Positions 37,112 to 49,658 of a stretch of 64,000 nt of DNA are shown here, piece by piece. Source of the DNA: Haliotis cracherodii (Eukaryota). Made by a program: the position numbers and the translations under genes. The stretch's first letter is position 1, and each line of letters starts with the position of its first letter. The notes beneath the pieces were generated by a model. That model saw only the letters and a list, made by a program, of their open reading frames with translations. It was not told where the DNA came from and made no database searches. The stretch is taken from assembly GCF_022045235.1 (NCBI RefSeq), contig NW_027266343.1, forward strand, positions 51,274,001 to 51,338,000. The letters are read 5' to 3'.

Positions 37112-38459
37112 TGTGGCAGTTACAGGTTTTGTTTAACTGTCAACTAACCAGTAATATACCAGTAGTATATAGTGTATATAATACATAGTGTAGTTAGTAT
37201 TAGTATTAATATTAGCATTAGTTATTTGTGTCAGTATTAGTATATAGTGTAAATAATAGATACTGTAGTTAGTATTAGCATTAGTATTATTATTATTAAT
37301 ATTAGTATTTAGTATTAGTACTTAATATTAGTATTTAGTATTAGTATTTAGTATTAGTATTTAGTATTAGTTTGCAGTATGGGTTTTAGGGATTTTAATG
37401 AAGATTTGATACAATTCCTTTTAACTTAGTTATGCTTGGGTCAGTCACTACCCTATCAGCTCTTTTGTGTCAGCCAGGGCAAATGTTCTGGTTGAGTGGT
37501 TGACCCTATTGTTTTCCTTAGGGTCAGCTTTGCATGCTTTTTAACCCTCACTTGCACCTCAGTCACTACACTGACAAGTCACTGACAGACAACAGCAAGT
37601 GGGCACATTTTTTACAGATTTTGTAAAGTCAAGGTATGTTTCCAATTTAATACTCAAGAATATATAAATCTATCTTTTCATAAATAAGATTATATAAATA
37701 GGTGTACGTTAAATAAGGTATTTGTTATGATGTGTGTGAGTTAGTCAATGTCTGATTCTCCTGGACAGAGTGTTGTTTGACTATGTTTATGAGGCTATTT
37801 TCATATATGTGTTAAATGTATTGTAAGTGTGTGGACATTTATGATAGTTTTAGGATGTTTAGTAATTTATTGTGTTTTATGGTAGTGCTTTGTTCAGATC
37901 TGTAAATATGTATAAACAATAGCACTGATTTGATAATAATGTCCACACGCGCAAGAGCATTGTGTAAGGAAGCTAGTTTTATTGTACATTTAGAATAACT
38001 TCCATATTTATAGGTACTTTGATGTCACTGTAGCCCTGACCATGTAGTCGTGACAGACTAAAGTGTCACCTACACCTAGAGGCCATACTTCTGGTATGTT
38101 TACTAATCACCACATGTAAATATATATTATTATTATGATGTCTATCTATTGATCACGTTTTACACCACCTAAGAAGTATTTTGATTTGATGTATGCATAT
38201 ACTATATGTATGTATAATGTAATTCTAATGATCTAGCATGTTAGGACGTATACATATCCTCTATATATGTATAAGGTAATCCTGATGAAGCATCATGTTC
38301 TCATTTTAATTGTCATGATTTACAAGATTCTTATTGAGTGTTATTGTGCATTTCAGGGTGTGAAAGAAAGGTATACCACTCATCATCTAATAAAACGAAT
38401 CACACCCGTAGCTGTGTTTTTGACATCATTTATCGACACACACACATAATTCTGCTACA
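37112..38459 (+). repeat. 3' LTR (1,348 bp)
   Basis: Same length as the 5' LTR; no difference found in the parts compared by eye. Confidence 0.97.
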
Positions 38460-40629
38460 ATAACAACAACCAGACTGTAAAAACAAGTCGTTTGATCATG
38501 TCTATCTTTGAAAACACCTTTGTGTTATACTTTAAGAGCATTTTCTTCTGAAAACACACGTCTTTACTTTTAGATGTACGGTTTTTCTGGGAAACCCTTA
38601 TACACTTACACATTGACACGAATGTCAAACTGATTTGCGCGTGTTTTATTCTTGGTATGAGTTTTGGTTTAAACACGCCTTAAAAGAACACAGTCATCAC
38701 CATCACTATCACTACTGCTTCATCATGTCAAGGGCATACTTAAAGGGTAGAGGCGATTTATATTCTTTCTTCTAATGTTTAGAACCAAAGACTCACCCGA
38801 AGATTAAAACACGTTAAAGTGAGTTATTTGCAACAGTGATTAAGTATATATGCAAATGTATGAATGGCTGAGACATTGTCAAAAGACAACATTCTCCTAA
38901 TCTGACACACAATGGAACTGACGGAGGAGCTCATGAAACACCCAACAAATATATACAAATATAAACTATTCATTAACACCTGGTGACATCTTTCATATTC
39001 AGTATATGTTTTAGCACAATCTTGCCTTTTACACCCAATGAAATCTGTTTCAGCAGATAATGGGGCCTGATTATTCTCTGGCGTTGACGATTTATGTAGT
39101 TAAAGGGTCATCATTGAATGATTATTATATCAATATTCAGGCGTTATCTATAGAAATTGAGATAACAAATTGAGTGATGCTCGTATTATTACAAATGCCT
39201 TGATAATGAAGTGTACAATTATCAAGATGATATGTTGAAAATAAGAGAGTTCTCTCAAGAAACGCAGTTGCAAATAAAAGCTACATAACCCTGTTCAGAA
39301 TCATTCGAAACCTCTGCTCGAAGCAAAGACCATTGTACGATTTCGACTTTAATGATCACACGCATGTGCGTAGGAATGACTACCAGATAGTGATGATACC
39401 TGGCGGTTGCCAAAAAGTAAGCGTATCCTGCCCCAACGGTTCCTCCGTCACAAACACATACAAAGACAAGTCAAGAAAGACGAGAAAACAAGCTGTTGTT
39501 CATATGTCAATCATGTTTTCAGAAGATATTGGTGTACTTTAGGCTTTTAACAGATATTACACGCATAAAAAGATGTTGTGCACGTGAGTATTCATAGTGA
39601 CAGTCCCTTTGTGAGAAGAAACCAATATATGTACCTATCAGTTAGGAAATAAAGCTGTTGTAGTTTATTGTTATTATGCAGTAAGATAAATAAAATTCGG
39701 GGAGAATAATGTAGTATCTGGGGACTTCTGCAGTATATTCAGCAGAAGCTATTTTCTTGTGAGCAGGCTGCTGTATTACACGGAAACGGTTAGCATAGTT
39801 GACCCCGTGTGGTACAGTGCTACTGCTGTACTGTGGTGAGGCTGTACTAGTGTGTTGCGTCAGTTTTCTGGTCTCTTGTTATGTCGTATCACACAGATGC
39901 ATTATAATGTCTGATGTATGCTGCTCCCACATCATATATTTACTGGATACACCCTTTTCAGACCGTTATCGAATATTTACTTGATATAGGTTAAACGTTG
40001 AGTATCGAGGACTGTTTGAAATGCAGTTAGACGATGCCAGAGAGAGTGTGTCTGTTTGCCACCTTTATATACGTTGTCTTGTACTTCCTTAATCGATGTT
40101 CATGTATATCAGCTCGCATGTGTACCCGTAGGGTGATAACCTCGGGCCCTTTGATGCGAAAAGAATGCTTACTTTAAACCATTAAACTGAGGTGCGTTAC
40201 TTACCTGGAAGTGGCCAGCCAAAGATAAATCAATCACGTATAATTCACAAATGGTATATATAAAGGATGGGGGAAACTGTTCCATCATCTCTTATCTTCA
40301 CCTGCCGTTCAGACACAGATACGAGTCAAGACCAAACTGTAAGTACTATTTTAAGGTTTGCTTGTGATATATATGTATACTTTTAATGTTTGATTCATCT
40401 GCTGCGCATCTGGCTGTTTTCAATCTTTATGTTGAGCCAATTCATAAAAGTACAAATATGTAACATAAAACGTTCTTGTAAATTGGGAAATATATGAATG
40501 CAGGTGAAAGTAAAACTGATAACATAATTCACAATGAGTGGTGTGAACTGAATGTACCAGATAAGTAACGATAACATGCTATTTCCCTTTCTTGACAACG
40601 ATTTTCACGTTACTCAACAGATACTCAAA

Positions 40630-41242
40630 ATGATGAAGATAGTCGCCGCTCTTGTTGCCTGCCTGGCTGTTACCGCCTTTGCCGAGCCTACCGGTCTGTA
40701 TGGTGGAATTGGCGGGTTGAAAGGAGGACTGGGCGGAATTGGCTACGGAATGGGTGGATTGTACGGAGGCCTTGGAGGTCTGTACGGAGGCTATGGAGGT
40801 CTGTACGGAGGCATGGGAGGTCTATACGGAGGCGTGGGAGGTCTATACGGAGGCGTGGGAGGTCTATACGGAGGCGTGGGAGGTCTATACGGAGGCATGG
40901 GAGGTCTGTACGGAGGACTTGGAGGCTATGGTGGTCTCTACGGCGGAATTGGAGGATACGGAATGGGATTGGGAAAAGGTATTTCACAAAATATGATATC
41001 ATTTGTTTATCGTATCCCACTTTCAGTCTCGTTTGCAAAATTATATAATTTACCTATATGGTATTATTATTTTACGCGACAAAGCTGATGACTTTTACAA
41101 AACATCTTTAAAATTATTCTCTGCATTCTCTAATATTTGGTTTAGCTTATCATGCAGCTAGTTTCAAGACTTCGTTGTGACTTATCCATATATCCCAACT
41201 TTATTCTACTATTTTTTTGTTTCAGGTATCGGCTATTATTGA
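40630..41242 (+). CDS. Gly/Tyr-rich secreted protein, copy 8 (121 aa; join 40630-40978, 41226-41242)
   Basis: Same structure. Confidence 0.92.
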
Positions 41243-44200
41243 GTTATTATCATCTACAGTGTGATGCTGGCTATTTATGTATATTCTCAAACCAATGGAA
41301 TTGGTTCAATAAAATCTTGTCATATTTATTTACGCCTTGAAATTTGTTTGAGAATCTGAAAACTGAATTGAATATTCACAATGGAAGAGTGATCTATGTT
41401 TCTCCATATTGTAAACTCTGGACATAGTACGTGTTGTAGACCAATATCCAAGCACTTAAATGATATTGCGTTTCACTTCAAGCTAAGATATCAACTACTG
41501 AAATGTGTATTAAGTTCCTGAGGAAACCGGACATGATGATAAGAGGAGGGATTTTATGCTTGATATATCTCCCACAAAATGTCACTTACCCGAGTTCATG
41601 TTTCACGGGAATGTATCATTTGGGCTGCCACGAAAGGGTTTGATGGCCATTTGAAGTACCATAATATCTGCAATTGGCTGTCTGTATTTCAATTTGCATT
41701 TTAAAAACACGCAGCGAAACAAATAAGCAGGGGTATCAATTTTGGTCAAAGCGTTCATTAACGGGATCAAGGGGTAGACAGTGTGCACTGTATTGAAATT
41801 CAAATGTGTGTGCTGTCCTTGAAAATGAGCGAAAGTTGTAGAAAGAATACAATCTATATGTTGTTATGGTGCTTTGTATAAATAATATCTGAGCTGCTGC
41901 AATGAAACAGCGAAAGCCATGGTGATGTAGAGCATCAAAACAAATGTTGCAAGATTCTTACTGCTTTGGTTAGAAGGGAATGCATACAGTTGGAATTTCC
42001 ATGACAGTAAAATATCTTTACAGTTTATTAATAACACAAACAAAACTATTGAATTCAAAAGTAACTATTAAAAACGCTTGTCCGGGTGTAGCTTATCAAA
42101 CTACAAATTATTTGTAATTTCCATCAAACATGTACTTCTTGATTTGATGATGCAATTTAACATTTTGCATACTGCTTATGTAATTAATAGGAGAAGTATC
42201 TATATAGATATATAGTTGTGTGTTTATTAACCACCTTCCCTGTAGGCGCTATTTGTAAAATACATATTGATTAAATCAGACCGCGAAGTTTAAGATTCCG
42301 AACTGGATTGGTAGGATTGAAGATTACAATAAACAAACAAATAGCTAATATATCCCTTTTGTTTGATTACAACGCAAAAGTGACAATCATTTATCAATAC
42401 AAAGGAGATTGCATTTGGTAACTGTAGAGAGTTATGTTTAGCTGAATAAATGGTCCAACTTTAAAGCTTGCCATAAGTCTTTATAACAACAACCAGACTG
42501 TAAAAACAAGTCGTTTGATCATGTCTATCTTTGAAAACACCTTTGTGTTATACTTTAAGAGCATTTTCTTCTGAAAACACACGTCTTTACTTTTAGATGT
42601 ACGGTTTTTCTGGGAAACCCTTATACACTTACACATTGACACGAATGTCAAACTGATTTGCGCGTGTTTTATTCTTGGTATGAGTTTTGGTTTAAACACG
42701 CCTTAAAAGAACACAGTCATCACCATCACTATCACTACTGCTTCATCATGTCAAGGGCATACTTAAAGGGTAGAGGCGATTTATATTCTTTCTTCTAATG
42801 TTTAGAACCAAAGACTCACCCGAAGATTAAAACACGTTAAAGTGAGTTATTTGCAACAGTGATTAAGTATATATGCAAATGTATGAATGGCTGAGACATT
42901 GTCAAAAGACAACATTCTCCTAATCTGGCACACAATGGAACTGACGGAGGAGCTCATGAAACACCCAACAAATATATACAAATATAAACTATTCATTAAC
43001 ACCTGGTGACATCTTTCATATTCAGTATATGTTTTAGCACAATCTTGCCTTTTACACCAAATGAAATCTGTTTCAGCAGATAATGGGGCCTGATTATTCT
43101 CTGGCGTTGACGATTTATGTAGTTAAAGGGTCATCATTGAATGATTATTATATCAATATTCAGGCGTTATCTATAGAAATTGAGATAACAAATTGAGTGA
43201 TGCTCGTATTATTACAAATGCCTTGATAATGAAGTGTACAATTATCAAGATGATATGTTGAAAATAAGAGAGTTCTCTCAAGAAACGCAGTTGCAAATAA
43301 AAGCTACATAACCCTGTTCAGAATCATTCGAAACCTCTGCTCGAAGCAAAGACCATTGTACGATTTCGACTTTAATGATCACACGCATGTGCGTAGGAAT
43401 GACTACCAGATAGTGATGATACCTGGCGGTTGCCAAAAAGTAAGCGTATCCTGCCCCAACGGTTCCTCCGTCACAAACACATACAAAGACAAGTCAAGAA
43501 AGACGAGAAAACAAGCTGTTGTTCATATGTCAATCATGTTTTCAGAAGATATTGGTGTACTTTAGGCTTTTAACAGATATTACACGCATAAAAAGATGTT
43601 GTGCACGTGAGTATTCATAGTGACAGTCCCTTTGTGAGAAGAAACCAATATATGTACCTATCAGTTAGGAAATAAAGCTGTTGTAGTTTATTGTTATTAT
43701 GCAGTAAGATAAATAAAATTCGGGGAGAATAATGTAGTATCTGGGGACTTCTGCAGTATATTCAGCAGAAGCTATTTTCTTGTGAGCAGGCTGCTGTATT
43801 ACACGGAAACGGTTAGCATAGTTGACCCCGTGTGGTACAGTGCTACTGCTGTACTGTGGTGAGGCTGTACTAGTGTGTTGCGTCAGTTTTCTGGTCTCTT
43901 GTTATGTCGTATCACACAGATGCATTATAATGTCTGATGTATGCTGCTCCCACATCATATATTTACTGGATACACCCTTTTCAGACCGTTATCGAATATT
44001 TACTTGATATAGGTTAAACGTTGAGTATCGAGGACTGTTTGAAATGCAGTTAGACGATGCCAGAGAGAGTGTGTCTGTTTGCCACCTTTATATACGTTGT
44101 CTTGTACTTCCTTAATCGATGTTCATGTATATCAGCTCGCATGTGTACCCGTAGGGTGATAACCTCGGGCCCTTTGATGCGAAAAGAATGCTTACTTTAA

Positions 44201-44652
44201 ACCATTAAACTGAGGTGCGTTACTTACCTGGAAGTGGCCAGCCAAAGATAAATCAATCACGTATAATTCACAAATGGTATATATAAAGGATGGGGGAAAC
44301 TGTTCCATCATCTCTTATCTTCACCTGCCGTTCAGACACAGATACGAGTCAAGACCAAACTGTAAGTACTATTTTAAGGTTTGCTTGTGATATATATGTA
44401 TACTTTTAATGTTTGATTCATCTGCTGCGCATCTGGCTGTTTTCAATCTTTATGTTGAGCCAATTCATAAAAGTACAAATATGTAACATAAAACGTTCTT
44501 GTAAATTGGGAAATATATGAATGCAGGTGAAAGTAAAACTGATAACATAATTCACAATGAGTGGTGTGAACTGAATGTACCAGATAAGTAACGATAACAT
44601 GCTATTTCCCTTTCTTGACAACGATTTTCACGTTACTCAACAGATACTCAAA

Positions 44653-45636
44653 ATGATGAAGATAGTCGCCGCTCTTGTTGCCTGCCTGGCTGTTACCGCC
44701 TTTGCCGAGCCTACCGGTCTGTATGGTGGAATTGACCGCCTCCGTGGTCTTGTGGTAGAGCGTCCGCCCGGAGAGCGGAAGGTCCAGGGTTCGATCCCGG
44801 GCCGCGTCATACAAAAAGACGTTAAAAGATTGTACTTGTTGTTACCCTGTCTGGCGCTCGGCATTAAGGGGCTAAAACAAGGACTGGTCGGCTCGGAGTC
44901 AGTATACTGTGTCTGAGTGGGGTATTCATGTTAAACTGCGGCATGGTATCTCAGTGAGCTAGCACTATAAATCGGCATCAGTCCGGACTAGTACAAGCAG
45001 CCACACACACACATACACGTGCATGCACGTCGCTATATAAGTGCAATAATCTTGGACGCGACGTTAAACCCCATTTCACCTCACCTCACCTGTATGGTGG
45101 AATTGGCGGGTTGAAAGGAGGACTGGGCGGAATTGGCTACGGAATGGGTGGATTGTACGGAGGCCTTGGAGGTCTGTACGGAGGCTATGGAGGTCTGTAC
45201 GGAGGCATGGGAGGTCTATACGGAGGCGTGGGAGGTCTATACGGAGGCGTGGGAGGTCTATACGGAGGCGTGGGAGGTCTATACGGAGGCATGGGAGGTC
45301 TGTACGGAGGACTTGGAGGCTATGGTGGTCTCTACGGCGGAATTGGAGGATACGGAATGGGATTGGGAAAAGGTATTTCACAAAATATGATATCATTTGT
45401 TTATCGTATCCCACTTTCAGTCTCGTTTGCAAAATTATATAATTTACCTATATGGTATTATTATTTTACGCGACAAAGCTGATGACTTTTACAAAACATC
45501 TTTAAAATTATTCTCTGCATTTTCTAATATTTGGTTTAGCTTATCATGCAGCTAGTTTCAAGACTTCGTTGTGACTTATCCATATATCCCAACTTTATTC
45601 TACTATTTTTTTGTTTCAGGTATCGGCTATTATTGA
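44653..45636 (+). pseudogene. Gly/Tyr-rich gene copy 9, disrupted by a SINE insertion in coding exon 2
   Basis: 371-bp insertion (including TSD) after codon 27, with an in-frame stop at 44914-44916 inside the SINE. The rest of the gene is intact. Confidence 0.9.
44735..45089 (+). mobile_element. tRNA-derived SINE, probably V-SINE superfamily (molluscan type), full length
   Basis: TSD CTGTATGGTGGAATT(G) at 44719-44734 and 45090-45105. A box TGGTCTTGTGG (44745), B box GGTTCGATCCC (44788), anticodon-like arm TCCGC-CCGGAGA-GCGGA. Central GTCATAC..AAAGAC.TTAAAA...CCCTG.CTGGCGCTCGGCATTAAGGG resembles the V domain (from memory). (TCACC)3 tail. Confidence 0.93.
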
Positions 45637-48600
45637 GTTATTATCATCTACAGTGTGATGCTGGCTATTTATGTATATTCTCAAACCAATGGAATTGGTT
45701 CAATAAAATCTTGTCATATTTATTTACGCCTTGAAATTTGTTTGAGAATCTGAAAACTGAATTGAATGTTCACAATGGAAGAGTGATCTATGTTTCTCCA
45801 TATTGTAAACTCTGGACATAGTACGTGTTGTAGACCAATATCCAAGCACTTAAATGATATTGCGTTTTACTTCAAGCTAAGATATCAACTACTGAAATGT
45901 GTATTAAGTTCCTGAGGAAACCGGACATGATGATAAGAGGAGGGATTTTATGCTTGATATATCTCCCACAAAATGTCACTTACCCGAGTTCATGTTTCAC
46001 GGGAATGTATCATTTGGGCTGCCATGAAAGGGTTTGATGGCCATTTGAAGTACCATAATATCTGCAATTGGCTGTCTGTATTTCAATTTGCATTTTAAAA
46101 ACACGCAGCGAAACAAATAACAGGGGTATCAATTTTGGTCAAAGCGTTCATTAACGGGATCAAGGGGTAGACAGTGTGCACTGTATTGAAATTCAAATGT
46201 GTGTGCTGTCCTTGAAAATGAGCGAAAGTTGTATTCAGAATACAATCTACATGTTGTTATGGTGCTTTGTATAAATAATATCTGAGCTGCTGCAATGAAA
46301 CAGCGAAAGCCATGGTGATGTAGAGCATCAAAACAAATGTTGCAAGATTCTTACTGCTTTGGTTAGAAGGGAATGCATACAGTTGGAATTTCCATGACAG
46401 TAAAATATCTTTACAGTTTATTAATAACACAAACAAAACGATTGAATTCAACAGTAACTATTAAATACGCTTGTCCGGGTGTAGCTTATCAAACTACAAA
46501 TTATTTGTAATTTCCATCAAACATGTACTTCTTGATTTGATGATGCAATTTAACATTTTGCATACTGCTTATGTAATTAATAGAAGAAGTATCTTTGTGT
46601 ATATATAGTTGTGTGTTTACTAACCACCTTCCCTGTAGGCGCTATTTGTAAAATACATATTGATTAAATCAGACCGCGAAGTTTAAGATTCCGAACTGGA
46701 TTGGTAGGATTGAAGATTACAATAAACAAACAAATAGCTAATATATCCCTTTTGTTTGATTACAACGCAAAAGTGACAATCATTTATCAATACAAAGGAG
46801 ATTGCATTTGGTAACTGTAGAGAGTTAAGTTTAGCTGAATAAATGGTCCAACTTTGAAGCTTGTCATAAGTCTTTAGAACAACAACCAGACTGTAAAAAC
46901 AAGTCGTTTGATCATGTCTATCTTTGAAAACACCTTTGTGTTATACTTTAAGAGCATTTTCTTCTGAAAACACATGTCTTTACTTTTAGATGTACGGTTT
47001 TTCTGGGAAACCCTTATACACTTACACATTGACACGAATGTCAAACTGATTTGAGCGTGTTTTATTCTTGGTATGAGTTTTGGTTTTAACACGCCTTACA
47101 AGAACACAGTCATCACCATCACTATCACTACTGCTTCATCATGTCAAGGGCATACTTAAAGGGTAGAGGCGATTTATATTCTTTCTTCTAATGTTTAAAA
47201 CCAAAGACTCACCCGAAGATTAAAACACGTTAAAGTGAGTTATTTGCAACAGTGATTAAGTATATATGCAAATGTATGAATGGCTGAGACATTGTCAAAA
47301 GACAACATTCTCCCAATCTGGCACACAATGGAACTGACGGAGGAGCTCATGAAACACCCAACAAATATATACAAATATAAACTATTCATTAACACCTGGT
47401 GACATCTTTCATATTCAGTATATGTTTTAGCACAATCTTGCCTTTTACACCAAATGAAATCTGTTTCAGCAGATAATGGGGCCTGATTATTCTCTGGCGT
47501 TGACGATTTATGTAGTTAAAGGGTCATCATTGAATGATTATTATATCAATATTCAGGCGTTATCTATAGAAATTGAGATAACAAATTGAGTAATGCTCGT
47601 ATTATTACAAATGCCTTGATAATGAAGTGTACAATTATCAAGATGATATGTTGAAAATAAGAGAGTTCTCTCAAGAAACGCAGTTGCAAATAAAAGCACA
47701 TAACCCTGTTCAGAATCATTCGAAACCTCTGCTCGAAGCAAAGACCATTGTACGATTTCGACTTTAATGATCACACGCATGTGCGTAAGAATGACTCCCA
47801 GATAGTGATGATACCTGGCGGTTGCCAAAAAGTAAGCGTATCCTGCCCCAACGGTTCCTCCGTCACAAACACATACAAAGACAAGTCAAGAAAGACGAGA
47901 AAACAAGCTGTTGTTCATATGTCAATCATGTTTTCAGAAGATATTGGTGTACTTTAGGCTTTTAACAGATATTACACGCATAAAAAGATGTTGTGCACGT
48001 GAGTATTCATAGTGACAGTCCCTTTGTGAGAAGAAACCAATATATGTACCTATCAGTTAGGAAATAAAGCTGTTGTAGTTTATTGTTATTATGCAGTAAG
48101 ATAAATAAAATTCGGGGAGAATAATGTAGTATCTGGGGACTTCTGCAGTATATTCAGCAGAAGCTATTTTCTTGTGAGCAGGCTGCTGTATTACACGGAA
48201 ACGGTTAGCATAGTTGACCCCGTGTGGTACAGTGCTACTGCTGTACTGTGGTGAGGCTGTACTAGTGTGTTGCGTCAGTTTTCTGGTCTCTTGTTATGTC
48301 GTATCACACAGATGCATTATAATGTCTGATGTATGCTGCTCCCACATCATATATTTACTGGATACACCCTTTTCAGACCGTTATCGAATATTTACTTGAT
48401 ATAGGTTAAACGTTGAGTATCGAGGACTGTTTGAAATGCAGTTAGACGATGCCAGAGAGAGTGTGTCTGTTTGCCACCTTTATATACGTTGTCTTGTACT
48501 TCCTTAATCGATGTTCATGTATATCAGCTCGCATGTGTACCCGTAGGGTGATAACCTCGGGCCCTTTGATGCGAAAAGAATGCTTACTTTAAACCATTAA

Positions 48601-49047
48601 ACTGAGGTGCGTTACTTACCTGGAAGTGGCCAGCCAAAGATAAATCAATCACGTATAATTCACAAATGGTATATATAAAGGATGGGGGAAACTGTTCCAT
48701 CATCTCTTATCTTCACCTGCCGTTGAGACACAGATACGAGTCAAGACCAAACTGTAAGTACTATTTTAAGGTTTGCTTGTGATATATATGTATACTTTTA
48801 ATGTTTGATTCATCTGCTGCGCATCTGGCTGTTTTCAATCTTTATGTTGAGCCAATTCATAAAAGTACAAATATGTAACATAAAACGTTCTTGTAAATTG
48901 GGAAATATATGAATGCAGGTGAAAGTAAAACTGATAACATAATTCACAATGAGTGGTGTGAACTGAATGTACCAGATAAGTGACGATAACATGCTATTTC
49001 CCTTTCTTGACAACGATTTTCACGTTATTCAACAGATACTCAAAAAG

Positions 49048-49658
49048 ATGAAGATAGTCGCCGCTCTTGTTGCCTGCCTGGCTGTTACCGCCTTTGCCGA
49101 GCCTACCGGTCTGTATGGTGGAATTGGCGGGTTGAAAGGAGGACTGGGCGGAATTGGCTACGGAATGGGTGGATTGTACGGAGGCCTTGGAGGTCTGTAC
49201 GGAGGCTATGGAGGTCTGTACGGAGGCATGGGTGGTCTATACGGAGGCGTGGGAGGTCTATACGGAGGCGTGGGAGGTCTATACGGAGGCGTGGGAGGTC
49301 TATACGGAGGCATGGGAGGTCTGTACGGAGGACTTGGAGGCTATGGTGGTCTCTACGGCGGAATTGGAGGATACGGAATGGGATTGGGAAAAGGTATTTC
49401 ACAAAATATGATATCATTTGTTTATCGTATCCCACTTTCAGTCTCGTTTGCAAAATTATATAATTTACCTATATGGTATTATTATTTAACGCAACAAAGC
49501 TGATGACTTTTACAAAACATCTTTAAAATTATTCTCTGCATTCTCTAATATTTGGTTTAGCTTATCATGCAGCTTAGTTTCAAGACTTCGTTGTGACTTA
49601 TCCATATATCCCAACTTTATTCTACTATTTTTTTGTTTCAGGTATCGGCTATTATTGA
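49048..49658 (+). CDS. Gly/Tyr-rich secreted protein, copy 10 (120 aa; join 49048-49393, 49642-49658); first ATG and poly(A) signal mutated
   Basis: ATG->AAG at 49045 with the second Met retained. AATAAA->TTTAAA at 49724. Confidence 0.8.

Larger units (their letters stand above)
28906..38459 (+). mobile_element. Full-length Ty3/Gypsy (Metaviridae) LTR retrotransposon, 9,554 bp
   Basis: TG...CA LTRs. 4-bp TSD ATAA (28902-28905 and 38460-38463), confirmed by the empty site GTCTTTATAACAACAACC in sister units. PBS, PPT, gag, and pol with domain order PR-RT-RH-IN. Confidence 0.98.

Noticed and set aside
44735-44810. Possible tRNA gene
   Set aside because: It is the tRNA-derived head of the SINE: no proper acceptor stem, and it is embedded in a TSD-flanked insertion.
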